Assembly: GCA_022843945.1 (NCBI GenBank)
Contig: JALHMR010000002.1
Location: 72,073-136,072, forward strand
Source: Rhodospirillaceae bacterium
Lineage (GTDB): Bacteria > Pseudomonadota > Alphaproteobacteria > CACIAM-22H2
Direction: 5' to 3'
Length of the DNA stretch: 64,000 nucleotides
Each line of letters starts with the position of its first letter. The stretch's first letter is position 1. Below are positions 39,912 to 50,919 of the stretch, piece by piece. The translations under genes were made by a program, and so were the position numbers. The notes beneath the pieces are model-generated. The model saw only the letters and a program-made list of their open reading frames with translations. It searched no databases and was not told the origin of the DNA.

Positions 39912-40069
39912 CCCCCCACCCTAACCCTCCCCCGCAAGGGGGGAGGGGATAAGAGGGGAGAGGGTCCGGAAAATCGCTCTCTCTTACTCCCTCCCCCCAG
40001 TTTTGCTTTCGCGCCCGCCGGCGCTTCGCGGCGGCGCAGCACAAGGCGGGGGAGGGTTGGGGTGGGGGT
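39912..40069. repeat. CIR-like intergenic repeat with an extra hairpin in one loop
   Basis: Same arms as 23993-24092; the second hairpin loop is expanded by a roughly 50-nt palindromic insert (TTTTGCT...GCGCCCGCCG...CGGCGGCGC AGCACAA). Confidence 0.85.
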
Positions 40070-40082
40070 GGTGAAAACTTGT

Positions 40083-40817
40083 TCATTTCTTGGAAGAGCG
40101 ATAGCCGCGCATGGCGATGTTGGCGTCGCGGCCGGCGATCATCGCCTCGTCGTAAGGCAGCTCCATCACCTTGTAGAACAGCTCCTTGGTGGCCCGCATG
40201 GCGACCGGGTCGATGGAAGCCAGGCGGGTGGCAAGGGCGACGGCCTCGTTGAGCAACCCTTCGTCGGGGACCAGCCGGTTGATCAACCCCAGACTTTGCG
40301 CCTGCTGGGCGGTGAGCGGCTCGCCCAGCGCCACCAGCTCGAAGGCTTTCTTCGGTCCGAGCTGGCGCACCAGGCCGGTCATGACGATGGCGCCGACGAT
40401 GCCGTGCTTGGTCTCGGGATAGCCTAATTTGAGAGTCGGCGAGGCGACGACGAGGTCGCTGGCCAGGCACAGGCCGGCGCCGCCGCCGACGGCGTGGCCG
40501 CGGGCCGCCGCGACGATCGGCTTGCCGAGCGTGGGAAAGGCGACGTGCAAGCGCCGAGAAAGATCGGCGCGCTGGAACACGGCCTCCGGATTGTCGCTGG
40601 TCAGGGTGGCGAACTCGGAAGTGTCGGCGCCGGCGCAGAAGGCGCGGCCGGCGCCCGTCACCACGACGGCGCGCACGCTGTCGTCGTCGCGCGCGGCCTC
40701 CAGCCCTTTGAGCAGCTCGGCGGTCAGCTCGCTGTTGAGGGCGTTGAGCTTGTCCGGACGGTTCATCGTCAGGATGCGGACCGCTTCACGATTTTCGACC
40801 AGGAGCACGTCAGGCAT
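40083..40817 (-). CDS. Enoyl-CoA hydratase/isomerase
   Basis: MNRPDKLNAL, FCAGAD, AVGGGAG, PETKHG. Confidence 0.92.
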   Translation of the reverse strand: MPDVLLVENREAVRILTMNRPDKLNALNSELTAELLKGLEAARDDDSVRAVVVTGAGRAFCAGADTSEFATLTSDNPEAVFQRADLSRRLHVAFPTLGKPIVAAARGHAVGGGAGLCLASDLVVASPTLKLGYPETKHGIVGAIVMTGLVRQLGPKKAFELVALGEPLTAQQAQSLGLINRLVPDEGLLNEAVALATRLASIDPVAMRATKELFYKVMELPYDEAMIAGRDANIAMRGYRSSKK

Positions 40818-41748
40818 GGGCGGTTTCCGCGGCAAGGCCAAGACCGGTGCGCGTCACTTTGCCGAACAACTGGCGGCCGAGAGTTTCCTCGCACAGCCGG
40901 GCGACGTCGATCAGGCGGTCGAGATCGAGGCCGGTATCCACACCCATGGCCTCGAACATCGCCACCAGGTCCTCGGTGCAGACATTGCCGGTGTAGCCGC
41001 CGCCGTATTTCACCTGGGCCGGATGGCCGCCCACGCCGCCGAACGATGAGTCGAAATGCCGTACGCCGGCATCGAGCGCAGCGACGCAATTGGCGAGGCC
41101 GGTGCCGCGGGTATCGTGGAGATGGGCGATCGGCGTGACCTCGCGGAGATCGGCCACGACCCGGCCGAACAGCGCGGCGATGGAACGCGGATCGCCATGG
41201 CCGGTCGTGTCGCCCAGCGCCACGTGGGCCACGCCAAGCTCGGCGAAGCGGCGGACGTCCGCCATCACCACGCCGGGGTCGACGGCACCCTCGAACGGGC
41301 AGCCGAAGGCGACGGAAACCACACCGATCAGCCGGAACTTGCCGCTGGCGGCACGCGCCATCTCCGTGATCCGCGCCCATTGCTCGGCGCGCGAGGATTT
41401 GAGATTACGTTGACTATGAGACTCTGTGGCCGAGACCAGCAGGCTGATCTCATTGACGCCGATACCGGCGTCGCGATCGGCCAGGGCGCGCTCGACGGCT
41501 TTCAGGTTGGCGCAGGTCGCCTTGTAATAGACGCCGGGCCGGCGCTTGAGGACGGCCAGCACCTCAGAAGCATCAGAAAACTGCGGCACCACCTTGGGGT
41601 TCGAGTACGAGGTCGCCTCGACCCGGCTGAAGCCCAGCTCGGCGAAGCGCTCGACCAGCGCGACCTTTTGCGCGGTCGGCACGAAACCGGGCTCGTGCTG
41701 CAGCCCGTCGCGGGCAAAGCATTCGCAGATGACGACGCGTTCGCTCAA
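40810..41748 (-). CDS. HMG-CoA lyase-family protein
   Basis: RDGLQ, AFGCPFEG, LGDTTG, HLHDTRG, GNVCTEDL; TTG start inferred. Confidence 0.9.
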   Translation of the reverse strand: MSERVVICECFARDGLQHEPGFVPTAQKVALVERFAELGFSRVEATSYSNPKVVPQFSDASEVLAVLKRRPGVYYKATCANLKAVERALADRDAGIGVNEISLLVSATESHSQRNLKSSRAEQWARITEMARAASGKFRLIGVVSVAFGCPFEGAVDPGVVMADVRRFAELGVAHVALGDTTGHGDPRSIAALFGRVVADLREVTPIAHLHDTRGTGLANCVAALDAGVRHFDSSFGGVGGHPAQVKYGGGYTGNVCTEDLVAMFEAMGVDTGLDLDRLIDVARLCEETLGRQLFGKVTRTGLGLAAETAHA

Positions 41749-41858
41749 GAAAGTCTCTTCATGAAAGGGACGCTGCAACGGTGTTCTTATCATATGAGTT
41801 CATACATTTACGGCCGTCAATCACCATGTCATAGAAGCAGAGCGCAGAGGAGGTGGAT

Positions 41859-42269
41859 ATGAAGCTCAAAGATTTCATTCGAGAAAGCTTGGTTGAGATC
41901 GCCTTCGGAGTTCACCAGGCAAAGGTTGCAGCGAAGGATCTGGTGGCAATATCACCAGGCCATCTTAATGGTCAGATTGTTCAGGAAAAAATCTACGTGG
42001 ATTTCGACGTTGCAGTAACTGTCAACGAAGTTCGAGAGACAGATAAAGAAGGGAAGCTGGGGATCCAGGCTCAAATTGAGGTGCTGGGCAACAAGTTAGG
42101 CGGCGAGTTGGGTGGCGGTGGGGCCGTTAGCCAGTCATCAAGCACTCAGACGGCAAGCCGAGTAGTCTTCAAGGTGCCGGTCTATCTCAATTCTCACTTC
42201 CGCAACGACGCTGGTTTCGACAAGGAGGTGAAATTTATGGAGGAGCTTTCGAATCGGACCAACAAGTGA
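41859..42269 (+). CDS. Trypco2-like domain protein
   Basis: MKLKDFIRESLVEI..GV, VDFDVAVT, Gly-rich hairpin, SRVVFKVP; AGGAGGT RBS; low GC. Confidence 0.7.
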   Translation: MKLKDFIRESLVEIAFGVHQAKVAAKDLVAISPGHLNGQIVQEKIYVDFDVAVTVNEVRETDKEGKLGIQAQIEVLGNKLGGELGGGGAVSQSSSTQTASRVVFKVPVYLNSHFRNDAGFDKEVKFMEELSNRTNK

Positions 42270-42282
42270 CTGGAAGAACAAA

Positions 42283-42903
42283 ATGCCAAATGGTTCGGCG
42301 CAGCAAAAGTACTTAGCGTTGATGGCGATGATACGGCGGCGCTTTGACATCATCCGCGCGTTGAACGATTCAAACTCTAATTTCGTTGCCGCTGAGACGG
42401 CGGCGTTTCATGGCCGGAAAATCGTAGAAGGAATCGCATTTGGATGCTTGGTGGCTTTGGAGAATGGAATTCGCCATGTTCCTCGCGATGCAAAGGGCCA
42501 ATGGAAAGCGGATGCAATATTCAAATCTCTGCTTGCTAAGGGGCTTCCCGTTTTCCCCTCACCCAGCATCATCCGGGCTGCCACTACTGATGAAAAAGTA
42601 GCTCACGCAAGCAACATTGTAATCGAAGGCCAACCTGATCGGCGTTTAACTCACGAACAAATACAAGGGATGTACGAACGGCTGCATCGATGGGCTCACG
42701 AATTGAATCCCTATGTTGAGGAGGGGCACGCAGAGTTTTTTGATAAGCACACGGAGCAGTTGAGGGATGATTTGATGCGTTTAGAGCGGTTTATCGAACG
42801 GCATACTATATCCATCCGCGGCGCGATGTTTTTCAGTGTTTTAAGAGATGCGGCTGACGGATCAGTGAAAGTGATACCGCTTACTAAGGTTGCAGACACC
42901 TAA
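42283..42903 (+). CDS. Hypothetical helical protein, HEPN-like
   Basis: ETAAFHGRKIVE helix and YERLHRWAHELNP (R-x5-H); low GC; 13 nt after the Trypco2-like gene. Confidence 0.6.
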   Translation: MPNGSAQQKYLALMAMIRRRFDIIRALNDSNSNFVAAETAAFHGRKIVEGIAFGCLVALENGIRHVPRDAKGQWKADAIFKSLLAKGLPVFPSPSIIRAATTDEKVAHASNIVIEGQPDRRLTHEQIQGMYERLHRWAHELNPYVEEGHAEFFDKHTEQLRDDLMRLERFIERHTISIRGAMFFSVLRDAADGSVKVIPLTKVADT

Positions 42904-42904
42904 G

Positions 42905-44527
42905 ATGCGACGCGGTTTTCTTCGCGAACAGCTTGAGCCCTGGATGCTCCGAACCTTCGGTTCGGTGCTGGCCGACGTTGCGGTGCGCCAGCCGGAGGCC
43001 GAGGCCCTGGTCGTCGGCGCGCGGCGCCTGACCTATGCCGGGCTCCAGGAGGCGGCGCGCCGTGTCGGGTCGGGGCTTCTCCGCCTGGGTATCCGCCGGG
43101 GCGACCATGTCGCGGTCTGCATGGAGAACGGCCTGGAATGGGTCCAGGTGTTCTACGGCTGCGCCCTGATCGGCGCGGTGGTGGTGCCGGTCAATACGCG
43201 CTTCAAGGAGGCGGAGCTGCGCTACTGCCTGGCGCAGTCTGACGCCAAGGCGCTGGTCGTCGTCGACCGCTTCCTGAAGATCGACTTCATCGCCATGCTG
43301 CGCGCCATCGAGCCGGCGATCGATGAGGGGTTGCCCGGCTCCACGCTACCGCAGTTGCGGCAGGTGATCGTGCGCGGCACGGACGTGCCCCCAGGAGCCT
43401 TGCCGTTCTCTGTCCTGGAAGAGCCGGCCTCGGCGTTGGAAACCGCCGTGCAGCCGGCCGACGTGGTGCTGATCCAGTACACCTCGGGCACCACCGCCGA
43501 GCCCAAGGGCGTGATGCTCAGCCACGACAGCATGCTGCGCAACGCCGCCAACGCCGCGGCACGTATCGGCATCCGGCCCGACGACCGCTATTTCAGCCCG
43601 CGGCCGTTCTATCACGTGGCCGGCACCACGCTCGCCATCCTGGCGGCGCTCAGCGCCGGCGCCTGCCTCGTGACCCTGCCGATGTTCGACACCGACGAGG
43701 CGCTTGCTTTGATGTCGCGCGAGCGCTGCACCCTGATCTCGGGTAACGACACGATCTTCCTGATGGTGATGAACCATCCGCGGCGGGCCGAGTTTCCGCT
43801 GTCCTTGCGCGGCGGCTGGGCGGCGGCCGGGATCGAGGTCATGCAGCAGGCCCACGACCGGCTCGGCCTCAAGGACCTGGTCTACGCCTACGGCCTGTCC
43901 GAGGCCTCGCCCAACGTCATCATGACCGGATACGACGAGCCCCTGGCCGATCGCCTGGCCGGCATCACCCGCACGCATAAGGGGCTCGAGATCCGCATCT
44001 GCGACGTGGAGAGCGGCGCCGTGTTGCCGGCCGGCACGCCGGGCGAGATCCAGGTGCGCGGCTGGAGCGTGATGAAGGGCTATTACAACAAGCCGGCTGA
44101 AACGGCGAAAGCCCTGCTGCCCGAGGGCTGGCTGCGCACCGGCGACCTGGGCGTGCTGGACGGACAGGGGCGGCTGCGCTTCATCGGCCGAGCCAAGGAT
44201 ATCTTCCGCGTCGGCGGCGAGAACGTGGCGCCGGCCGATGTCGAGGAGGTGCTGCACGGCCATCCCAAGGTCAAACAGGCCCAGGTGATCGGCGTGCCTG
44301 ACCAGCGGCTGGGCGAGGTGGCGGCCGCCTACGTGATCCTCAACGAGGGGCAGAGCGCCCGGCCGGCGGAGCTGATCGAGTGGTGCCGCGCGCGCTGCGC
44401 CAATTTCAAGGTGCCGCGCTACCTGCGGGTGATCGAGACCTTCGACGGCATCGGCATGACCGGCAGCAGCAAGGTGCAAAAACACAAGTTGCGCGAGCAG
44501 GCGCTGAAGGACTTTAATCTGGGGTAA
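42905..44527 (+). CDS. Acyl-CoA synthetase (AMP-forming)
   Basis: YTSGTTAEPKG, AYGLSE, GEIQVRG, TGDLG, GGENV, KVQK. Confidence 0.93.
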   Translation: MRRGFLREQLEPWMLRTFGSVLADVAVRQPEAEALVVGARRLTYAGLQEAARRVGSGLLRLGIRRGDHVAVCMENGLEWVQVFYGCALIGAVVVPVNTRFKEAELRYCLAQSDAKALVVVDRFLKIDFIAMLRAIEPAIDEGLPGSTLPQLRQVIVRGTDVPPGALPFSVLEEPASALETAVQPADVVLIQYTSGTTAEPKGVMLSHDSMLRNAANAAARIGIRPDDRYFSPRPFYHVAGTTLAILAALSAGACLVTLPMFDTDEALALMSRERCTLISGNDTIFLMVMNHPRRAEFPLSLRGGWAAAGIEVMQQAHDRLGLKDLVYAYGLSEASPNVIMTGYDEPLADRLAGITRTHKGLEIRICDVESGAVLPAGTPGEIQVRGWSVMKGYYNKPAETAKALLPEGWLRTGDLGVLDGQGRLRFIGRAKDIFRVGGENVAPADVEEVLHGHPKVKQAQVIGVPDQRLGEVAAAYVILNEGQSARPAELIEWCRARCANFKVPRYLRVIETFDGIGMTGSSKVQKHKLREQALKDFNLG

Positions 44528-44537
44528 CGGAAACAGA

Positions 44538-44660
44538 CCCCCTCACCCGACGCCTTCGGCGTCACCCTCTCCCGCGAGGGGAGAGGGTCAGTGGGTGCAC
44601 TGCAATTAAACCTCTCCCCTTGCGGGAGAGGTCGCGAGCGGCAGCGAGCGGGTGAGGGGT
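44538..44660. repeat. CIR-like intergenic repeat (CCCCTCACCC...GGGTGAGGGG variant)
   Basis: CCCTCTCCC-GCGA-GGGAGAGGG and CCTCTCCC-CTTGC-GGGAGAGG hairpins with complementary ends. Confidence 0.85.
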
Positions 44661-44674
44661 AACGGGAGAAGCGT

Positions 44675-45457
44675 ATGTCCAACGTCGTCAAGAAGCCGGA
44701 TACCCGCAAAGCCCTGCGCGAGCGCGTCAGCGCGGCGGAGTGGCAGATGCGTGTCGATCTCGCGGCCTGCTACCGCCTGATCGCCCATTTCCGCTGGACG
44801 GACATGATCTACACCCACATCTCGGCGCGCGTGCCGGGCGAGCCGGATCATTTCCTGATCAACGCCTACGGCCTGATGTTCGACGAGATGAAGGCCTCGA
44901 ACCTGGTCAAGGTCGACCACGAGGGAAACCTGCTCGACGACCCCACGGGCCTCGGCATCAATCCCGCCGGCTTCACCATCCACAGCGCCGTCCACATGGC
45001 GCGACCGGATGTCGACTGCGTGCTGCACACGCACACCTCGGCCGGCATGGCGATCGCCAGTCAGAAGCAGGGACTGTTGATGCTGAACCAGCACGCCATG
45101 CGCTTCCACAACCGCATCGGCTACCACGACTACGAAGGTGTGGCGCTCAACCTCGACGAGCGCGGCCGGCTGCAGAAGAATCTCGGCGACAAGTTCGTGC
45201 TGATCCTGCGCAACCACGGCCTGCTGACCTGCGGGCGCACGGTGCGCGAGGCCTTCGACCTGATGTACTACCTGCAGCGCGCCTGCGAGGCGCAGGTCGT
45301 GGCGCAGTCGACCGGCGCCGAGCTCATTCTCGGCGACGATACGGTTGCCGAGCACGTCGCCCGCCAGTTCGAGCGCCCGGGCCGGCCCTCGGCGCAGAAG
45401 GACTGGCCGGCGCTCACCCGGATGCTCGACCGCATCGATCCGTCGTACAAGGACTGA
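44675..45457 (+). CDS. Class II aldolase/adducin-family protein
   Basis: RVDLAACYR, YTHISAR, AGFTIHSAVH, HTHT, LRNHG. Confidence 0.92.
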   Translation: MSNVVKKPDTRKALRERVSAAEWQMRVDLAACYRLIAHFRWTDMIYTHISARVPGEPDHFLINAYGLMFDEMKASNLVKVDHEGNLLDDPTGLGINPAGFTIHSAVHMARPDVDCVLHTHTSAGMAIASQKQGLLMLNQHAMRFHNRIGYHDYEGVALNLDERGRLQKNLGDKFVLILRNHGLLTCGRTVREAFDLMYYLQRACEAQVVAQSTGAELILGDDTVAEHVARQFERPGRPSAQKDWPALTRMLDRIDPSYKD

Positions 45458-45475
45458 AAACGCGCGCCGCTGAAA

Positions 45476-46822
45476 CTAGCGTGGTGGCGGCTTCAAGTCG
45501 TCCGGGCGGTCAGGCGTAGACGGCTCGATACGCCCGACGCTAGGTCTCCTGCTACACAGGGTCGTCGGCTCGTTGATGTTCGTCGGATCGATCAGGTCGA
45601 CGATCATCTGCCGAATGTCATCGGAGACGCGGGTCGGGGCGAGCACCGCCGCCCGCCTCAGGAAACGCCGGATACCGTAGTCCTTGTCGCCGACCTCCCA
45701 GTCGGTTGGGAAGTCGCTGCCCGGCCGTCCGCGAAACAGCTTCAAAATCTCCCAGATGGTGAAAGCAGGCCATTTCGGACACACGATATCCGGCCGCAAA
45801 AAATCCCGCTCGATGATTACATTGGGGGACACGCCGTCACTGGCCGCACCGAACTGGTAGCGCTCAAGATTCGGCGTGACGAGGCAACGCAGCGCTGAGC
45901 GAACCCCGTTCTGGCTCCGCTCGGAATCGGCCAGCGAGGTCAACGGTGGCGAGACACTTTGGGTGATGAAGGCCCGTCGAAACGGCAAAGGTCTCTCGCG
46001 GCCGAAAAGCTCATGCAACAGCTCTTCGGCGGCGAACTCGCTGAACGCCTCGTGGAAGGCGATATTCGGCCACTCTTGCCGGCCGGCCGTGCCTTCGAAG
46101 CCAAAACGGCGGCTGCAGACGCCCTTGTGCCAAGCGGTCACACCCTTGTTGTGGTCGTAGTTCCAGATATGCATCATCTCGTGCAGCAGCGTGATCAGGA
46201 GCTGGGGGTCGGTGTCGGTGAGGTCGTTGTCGAGGCCGACTCTGCGGTTGGCGATGTGGGTGGCGTATGAAGCGTTGAACACGGTCGGGGCCGGCCATTG
46301 GATCCGGATGTGGCCGCCGAAGGCTAGCCAGGGGTCGGCGCGCCGCAGCCGCCGGATGAGGGTCATGGCGGCGTACCACAGAAGCGCGCGTGTATTGTTT
46401 CGGCGGCTCGCCAGCGCCTCGGTTGCCGAATCTGGATGGAAGTAGAGATCGCCCAGAGAGCGCGTCGTCTCGGCCGACCGTTCCTCATCCTCGTACACCG
46501 AAAAACGTACGACGTCGCTGTCTTTCTTGTGGGCAGTTATGGAGAGATCGTCACTGACAAAGGCGATCTCGACACTAAGCCGTCGGGCCCGGTCGGACAT
46601 GTCCTTTTCAATAAGGAAGTTGCCCTGCTCGTCCGCGTGGCTGCGGGCAAGAACGTTATCGCCATTGCAAAGCAGGACTGTGATGCCGATGAGCGGCTTT
46701 GGCCGCACCGCCTCGAAGTGGGAGCTGGCTGGCGCTCCCGCAATCACCGGAGGCGGGGGAGGTATGGGGTTCGTCAGGTCGTCGCGCGCGATCAAGCGGC
46801 CGGAAATACGCCATGCAACCAT
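45476..46822 (-). CDS. Hypothetical protein with zinc-metallopeptidase (gluzincin-like) motif
   Basis: TLLHEMMH plus downstream AFHEAFSEF; N-terminal beta-sandwich-like segment (PLIGITVLL...ADEQGNF). Confidence 0.7.
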   Translation of the reverse strand: MVAWRISGRLIARDDLTNPIPPPPPVIAGAPASSHFEAVRPKPLIGITVLLCNGDNVLARSHADEQGNFLIEKDMSDRARRLSVEIAFVSDDLSITAHKKDSDVVRFSVYEDEERSAETTRSLGDLYFHPDSATEALASRRNNTRALLWYAAMTLIRRLRRADPWLAFGGHIRIQWPAPTVFNASYATHIANRRVGLDNDLTDTDPQLLITLLHEMMHIWNYDHNKGVTAWHKGVCSRRFGFEGTAGRQEWPNIAFHEAFSEFAAEELLHELFGRERPLPFRRAFITQSVSPPLTSLADSERSQNGVRSALRCLVTPNLERYQFGAASDGVSPNVIIERDFLRPDIVCPKWPAFTIWEILKLFRGRPGSDFPTDWEVGDKDYGIRRFLRRAAVLAPTRVSDDIRQMIVDLIDPTNINEPTTLCSRRPSVGRIEPSTPDRPDDLKPPPR

Positions 46823-46850
46823 GTCGTCCCCCTAGCGATTGGCGCGGCGA

Positions 46851-48023
<1,173 letters not shown>

Positions 48024-48087
48024 CGCTGCTCCTAAAGTAGGGAATCACGGGGTCGGGTTCAAACGGGGGATCACGGGAGGGCCGGAA

Positions 48088-48900
48088 ATGACCGCGATTG
48101 CCGCGCCGACGATCCGCAAACCCGCCGTGGCCGGGCTGTTCTACCCCGGCGACGCGGCTACGCTCGCGGCCGAGGTCGATGCGCTGCTGGCCGCCGTGCC
48201 GGCAGCGCCGGGGCCGGTGCCCAAGGCGCTTATTGTTCCTCATGCGGGGTATCAATACTCGGGCCCGATCGCGGCGAGCGCCTATGCCCGGTTGCGGCCG
48301 GCGCGCCAGACGATCCGCCGGGTGGTGTTGCTCGGCCCGGCCCACCGCGAATGGTTCCCGGGGCTGGCGCTGCCCTCGGTCACCCAGTTCCGCACGCCGC
48401 TGGGCGACGTGCTGCTCGACGGCGAGCGGGCGGCGCATCTCGCCGCGCTGCCGGGCGTGGTGATGCGCGACGACGCGCACCGGCTGGAGCACAGTCTCGA
48501 AGTCCACCTGCCGTTCCTGCAGCGCCTGCTGGCCCAGTTCACGCTGCTGCCGATCGCCGTCAGCGAGGCCACGCCGGGACAGGTGGCGCGCGCGCTGGCC
48601 GCGGTATGGGGCGGCCCGGAGACCGTAATCGTGATCTCCTCCGACCTCAGCCATTATCACGACTACGCCACCGCGCAGGGCATCGACGCGCGTACGGCCG
48701 AAGCCATCGAGCGGCTGGAGGGCGGCGAGCTCGATGGCGAGCGCGCCTGCGGCTACATCCCGGTCCAGGGCCTGCTGCTCGAGGCCGCCTCGCGTGGGCT
48801 CCGCGTGGCGCGGACGGACCTGCGCAACTCCGGCGACACCGCGGGTCCGCGCGGCGAGGTCGTCGGCTACGGCGCCTGGACCTTTGCCGAGCGGGGATGA
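48088..48900 (+). CDS. amrB: AmmeMemoRadiSam system protein B (MEMO1 family)
   Basis: RKPAVAGLFYP, PHAGY.YSG, EHSLEVHLPFLQ, SSDLSHY, NSGD, VVGY. Confidence 0.93.
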   Translation: MTAIAAPTIRKPAVAGLFYPGDAATLAAEVDALLAAVPAAPGPVPKALIVPHAGYQYSGPIAASAYARLRPARQTIRRVVLLGPAHREWFPGLALPSVTQFRTPLGDVLLDGERAAHLAALPGVVMRDDAHRLEHSLEVHLPFLQRLLAQFTLLPIAVSEATPGQVARALAAVWGGPETVIVISSDLSHYHDYATAQGIDARTAEAIERLEGGELDGERACGYIPVQGLLLEAASRGLRVARTDLRNSGDTAGPRGEVVGYGAWTFAERG

Positions 48901-50908
48901 CTCCCAGGCCGAGGTGATCGCCTTCCTGGCGGCGGCCGACACCCACGGCGCTGGCGCGGTCGAGCGCCACGAGACGCATGGCGCGCTGGTCTTCCTGGCG
49001 GGCGACCGGGCTTACAAGCTCAAGCGCGCGGTCAAGTTTCCCTACATGGATTTCTCGACGCGCGAGCGGCGGCGCGACGCCTGCGAGAAGGAGCTGCAGG
49101 TCAACCGGCGCACCGCACCCGAGCTCTATCTCGAAGTCAGCCCCGTCGTCCGCCAGGCCGGCGGACCCTTGCAGCTCGGCGGCGAAGGCGAGGTGCTCGA
49201 CTGGGTCGTGGTCATGCGCCGCTTCGCGACCGAGTCGCTGCTGGAGCGCCGGCGCCAGGCCGGGAAGCTCGACGCGCCGCTGCTGCGCCGGCTGGCCGAG
49301 ACCATCGCCGCCTTCCACGGCAGCATCGAGGCCGTGCCCGGCTTCGGTGCCGCCAACGGCCTCGCCGATGTCGTCACCAAAAACCTGACCGTCATCAAGG
49401 GCATGACTGGCCGCGTCTTCGAAGCCGAGCGGGTCGAGCGCCTGGCCCGCCAGGTCTGGCATCTGCTGGACCGTCTCGGTCCGATGCTCGACGCCCGCCG
49501 CGATGCCGGATTGGTGCGCCGCTGTCATGGCGACCTCCACCTCAACAACATCTGCGTGCTCGAAGGCCGACCGGTGCTCTTCGATGCTATCGAGTTCAAC
49601 GACGACTTCGCCTGTATCGACGTGTTCTACGACCTCGCCTTCCTGCTGATGGACCTCGATCGGCACGGCCTCCGCGACTTCGCCAACCTGGTGCTCAACC
49701 GCTATCTCGAGATCCGCCAGGACTATGCCGGCCTCGCGACCCTGCCGCTGTTCCTGTCAACCCGCGCCGCGATCCGCGCCCATGTCACCGTGTCGACCAC
49801 TGTGGCCAAGGGCCAGCCTGACGATCCCGCGCGCCTGGCCGAGGCGCGCCGGTTGCTCGACCTGGCCATCGCCTATAGCGAGCCGCCGCCGCCCCGCCTG
49901 GTCGCCATCGGCGGCCTGTCGGGGACCGGCAAATCGAGCGTGGCCCGGGCGTTGGCCCCCTCGGGCGGACCGTCGCCGGGGGCGGTGGTTCTGCGCAGCG
50001 ACGTCATCCGCAAGCGGTTGATGAATGTGCCGGAGACGACGCGCCTGCCGGAATCGGCGTACGAGCCAGGCGTCACCGTGCGGGTCTTCGCCAGCCTGGC
50101 GGAGACGGCCGGCGTGGCGCTGACCGCCGGCCACGCCGTCGTCGCCGATGCGGTCTACGGCGATCCCGGCCAGCGCGCGGCCATCGCCGCGGTCGCCCGG
50201 GCGGCCGGGGTGCCGTTCGCCGGCTTCTGGCTCGAGGCGCCGCGCGACGTGCTCGAGGCCCGCGTCGCCGACCGCCAGGGCGATGCCTCCGATGCCACGG
50301 TCGAGGTGCTGCGCAGGCAGGTCCAGGGAATTACCCCGCCGGCCGACTGGCTGCGCATCGACGCGATCCGTCCGGTCGCCGACATCGCGCTGGAGCTGAA
50401 CCGGCTCCTGGACGAATCACGCATCGAGGATCTGCCGGGTCTGAATGCGGTGGTGCTGCGTCCGGTACGGCCGGGCGACGAGCCGGCGTTGCAGCGCTTC
50501 TTCGATCGCATGACGGCCGAGGACATCCGCCTGCGCTTCTTCGCCCCCTTGCGCGAGCTGCCGGAGCAGCACCTGGCCCGGCTGGTAGATCTCGACCGCG
50601 AGCGGGAGCTGGCCTGCATCCTCGAAAGCCCGGATGGCATCCTGGGCATCGCCCGTATCGCCGCCGATGCGCAAGGCCGGCGCGCCGAGTTCGCCGTCAC
50701 CGTGCGCAGCGACCTGCAGGGGCGCGGGCTCGGCACGCACCTCCTGCGCCGGCTGGTGACGCATGCCCGCGAACGCGGCCTCGAGGAGATCTACGGTGAC
50801 ATCCTGGCCGAGAACGCCACCATGATCGCCATCTGCCGCGACCTGGGTTTCGAGATCCAGCCGCTGCCCGAGACCAAGGACATCGTCCGGGCGACGCGCC
50901 GGCTTTAG
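48884..50908 (+). CDS. Phosphotransferase (APH-like) + AAA_33 P-loop kinase + C-terminal GNAT fusion
   Basis: ETHGA, YKLKR, CHGDLHLNN, FDAIEF; GLSGTGKS, SDVIRK, SDAT; IRLRFF, AEFAVTV..DLQGRGLG, EN..M. TTG start at 48884 inferred. Confidence 0.88.
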   Translation: MPSGDDSQAEVIAFLAAADTHGAGAVERHETHGALVFLAGDRAYKLKRAVKFPYMDFSTRERRRDACEKELQVNRRTAPELYLEVSPVVRQAGGPLQLGGEGEVLDWVVVMRRFATESLLERRRQAGKLDAPLLRRLAETIAAFHGSIEAVPGFGAANGLADVVTKNLTVIKGMTGRVFEAERVERLARQVWHLLDRLGPMLDARRDAGLVRRCHGDLHLNNICVLEGRPVLFDAIEFNDDFACIDVFYDLAFLLMDLDRHGLRDFANLVLNRYLEIRQDYAGLATLPLFLSTRAAIRAHVTVSTTVAKGQPDDPARLAEARRLLDLAIAYSEPPPPRLVAIGGLSGTGKSSVARALAPSGGPSPGAVVLRSDVIRKRLMNVPETTRLPESAYEPGVTVRVFASLAETAGVALTAGHAVVADAVYGDPGQRAAIAAVARAAGVPFAGFWLEAPRDVLEARVADRQGDASDATVEVLRRQVQGITPPADWLRIDAIRPVADIALELNRLLDESRIEDLPGLNAVVLRPVRPGDEPALQRFFDRMTAEDIRLRFFAPLRELPEQHLARLVDLDRERELACILESPDGILGIARIAADAQGRRAEFAVTVRSDLQGRGLGTHLLRRLVTHARERGLEEIYGDILAENATMIAICRDLGFEIQPLPETKDIVRATRRL

Positions 50909-50919
50909 TCGCGCCGGTC

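Noticed and set aside
39899-40042. 48-aa N-terminal extension of the CoA-transferase
   Set aside because: Read-through of the CIR-like repeat; family similarity starts at MKPLDG (39898).
41790-41797. TCATATGA palindrome as an operator upstream of the HMG-CoA lyase operon
   Set aside because: Only 8 bp and no cognate regulator in the window; too weak to call.
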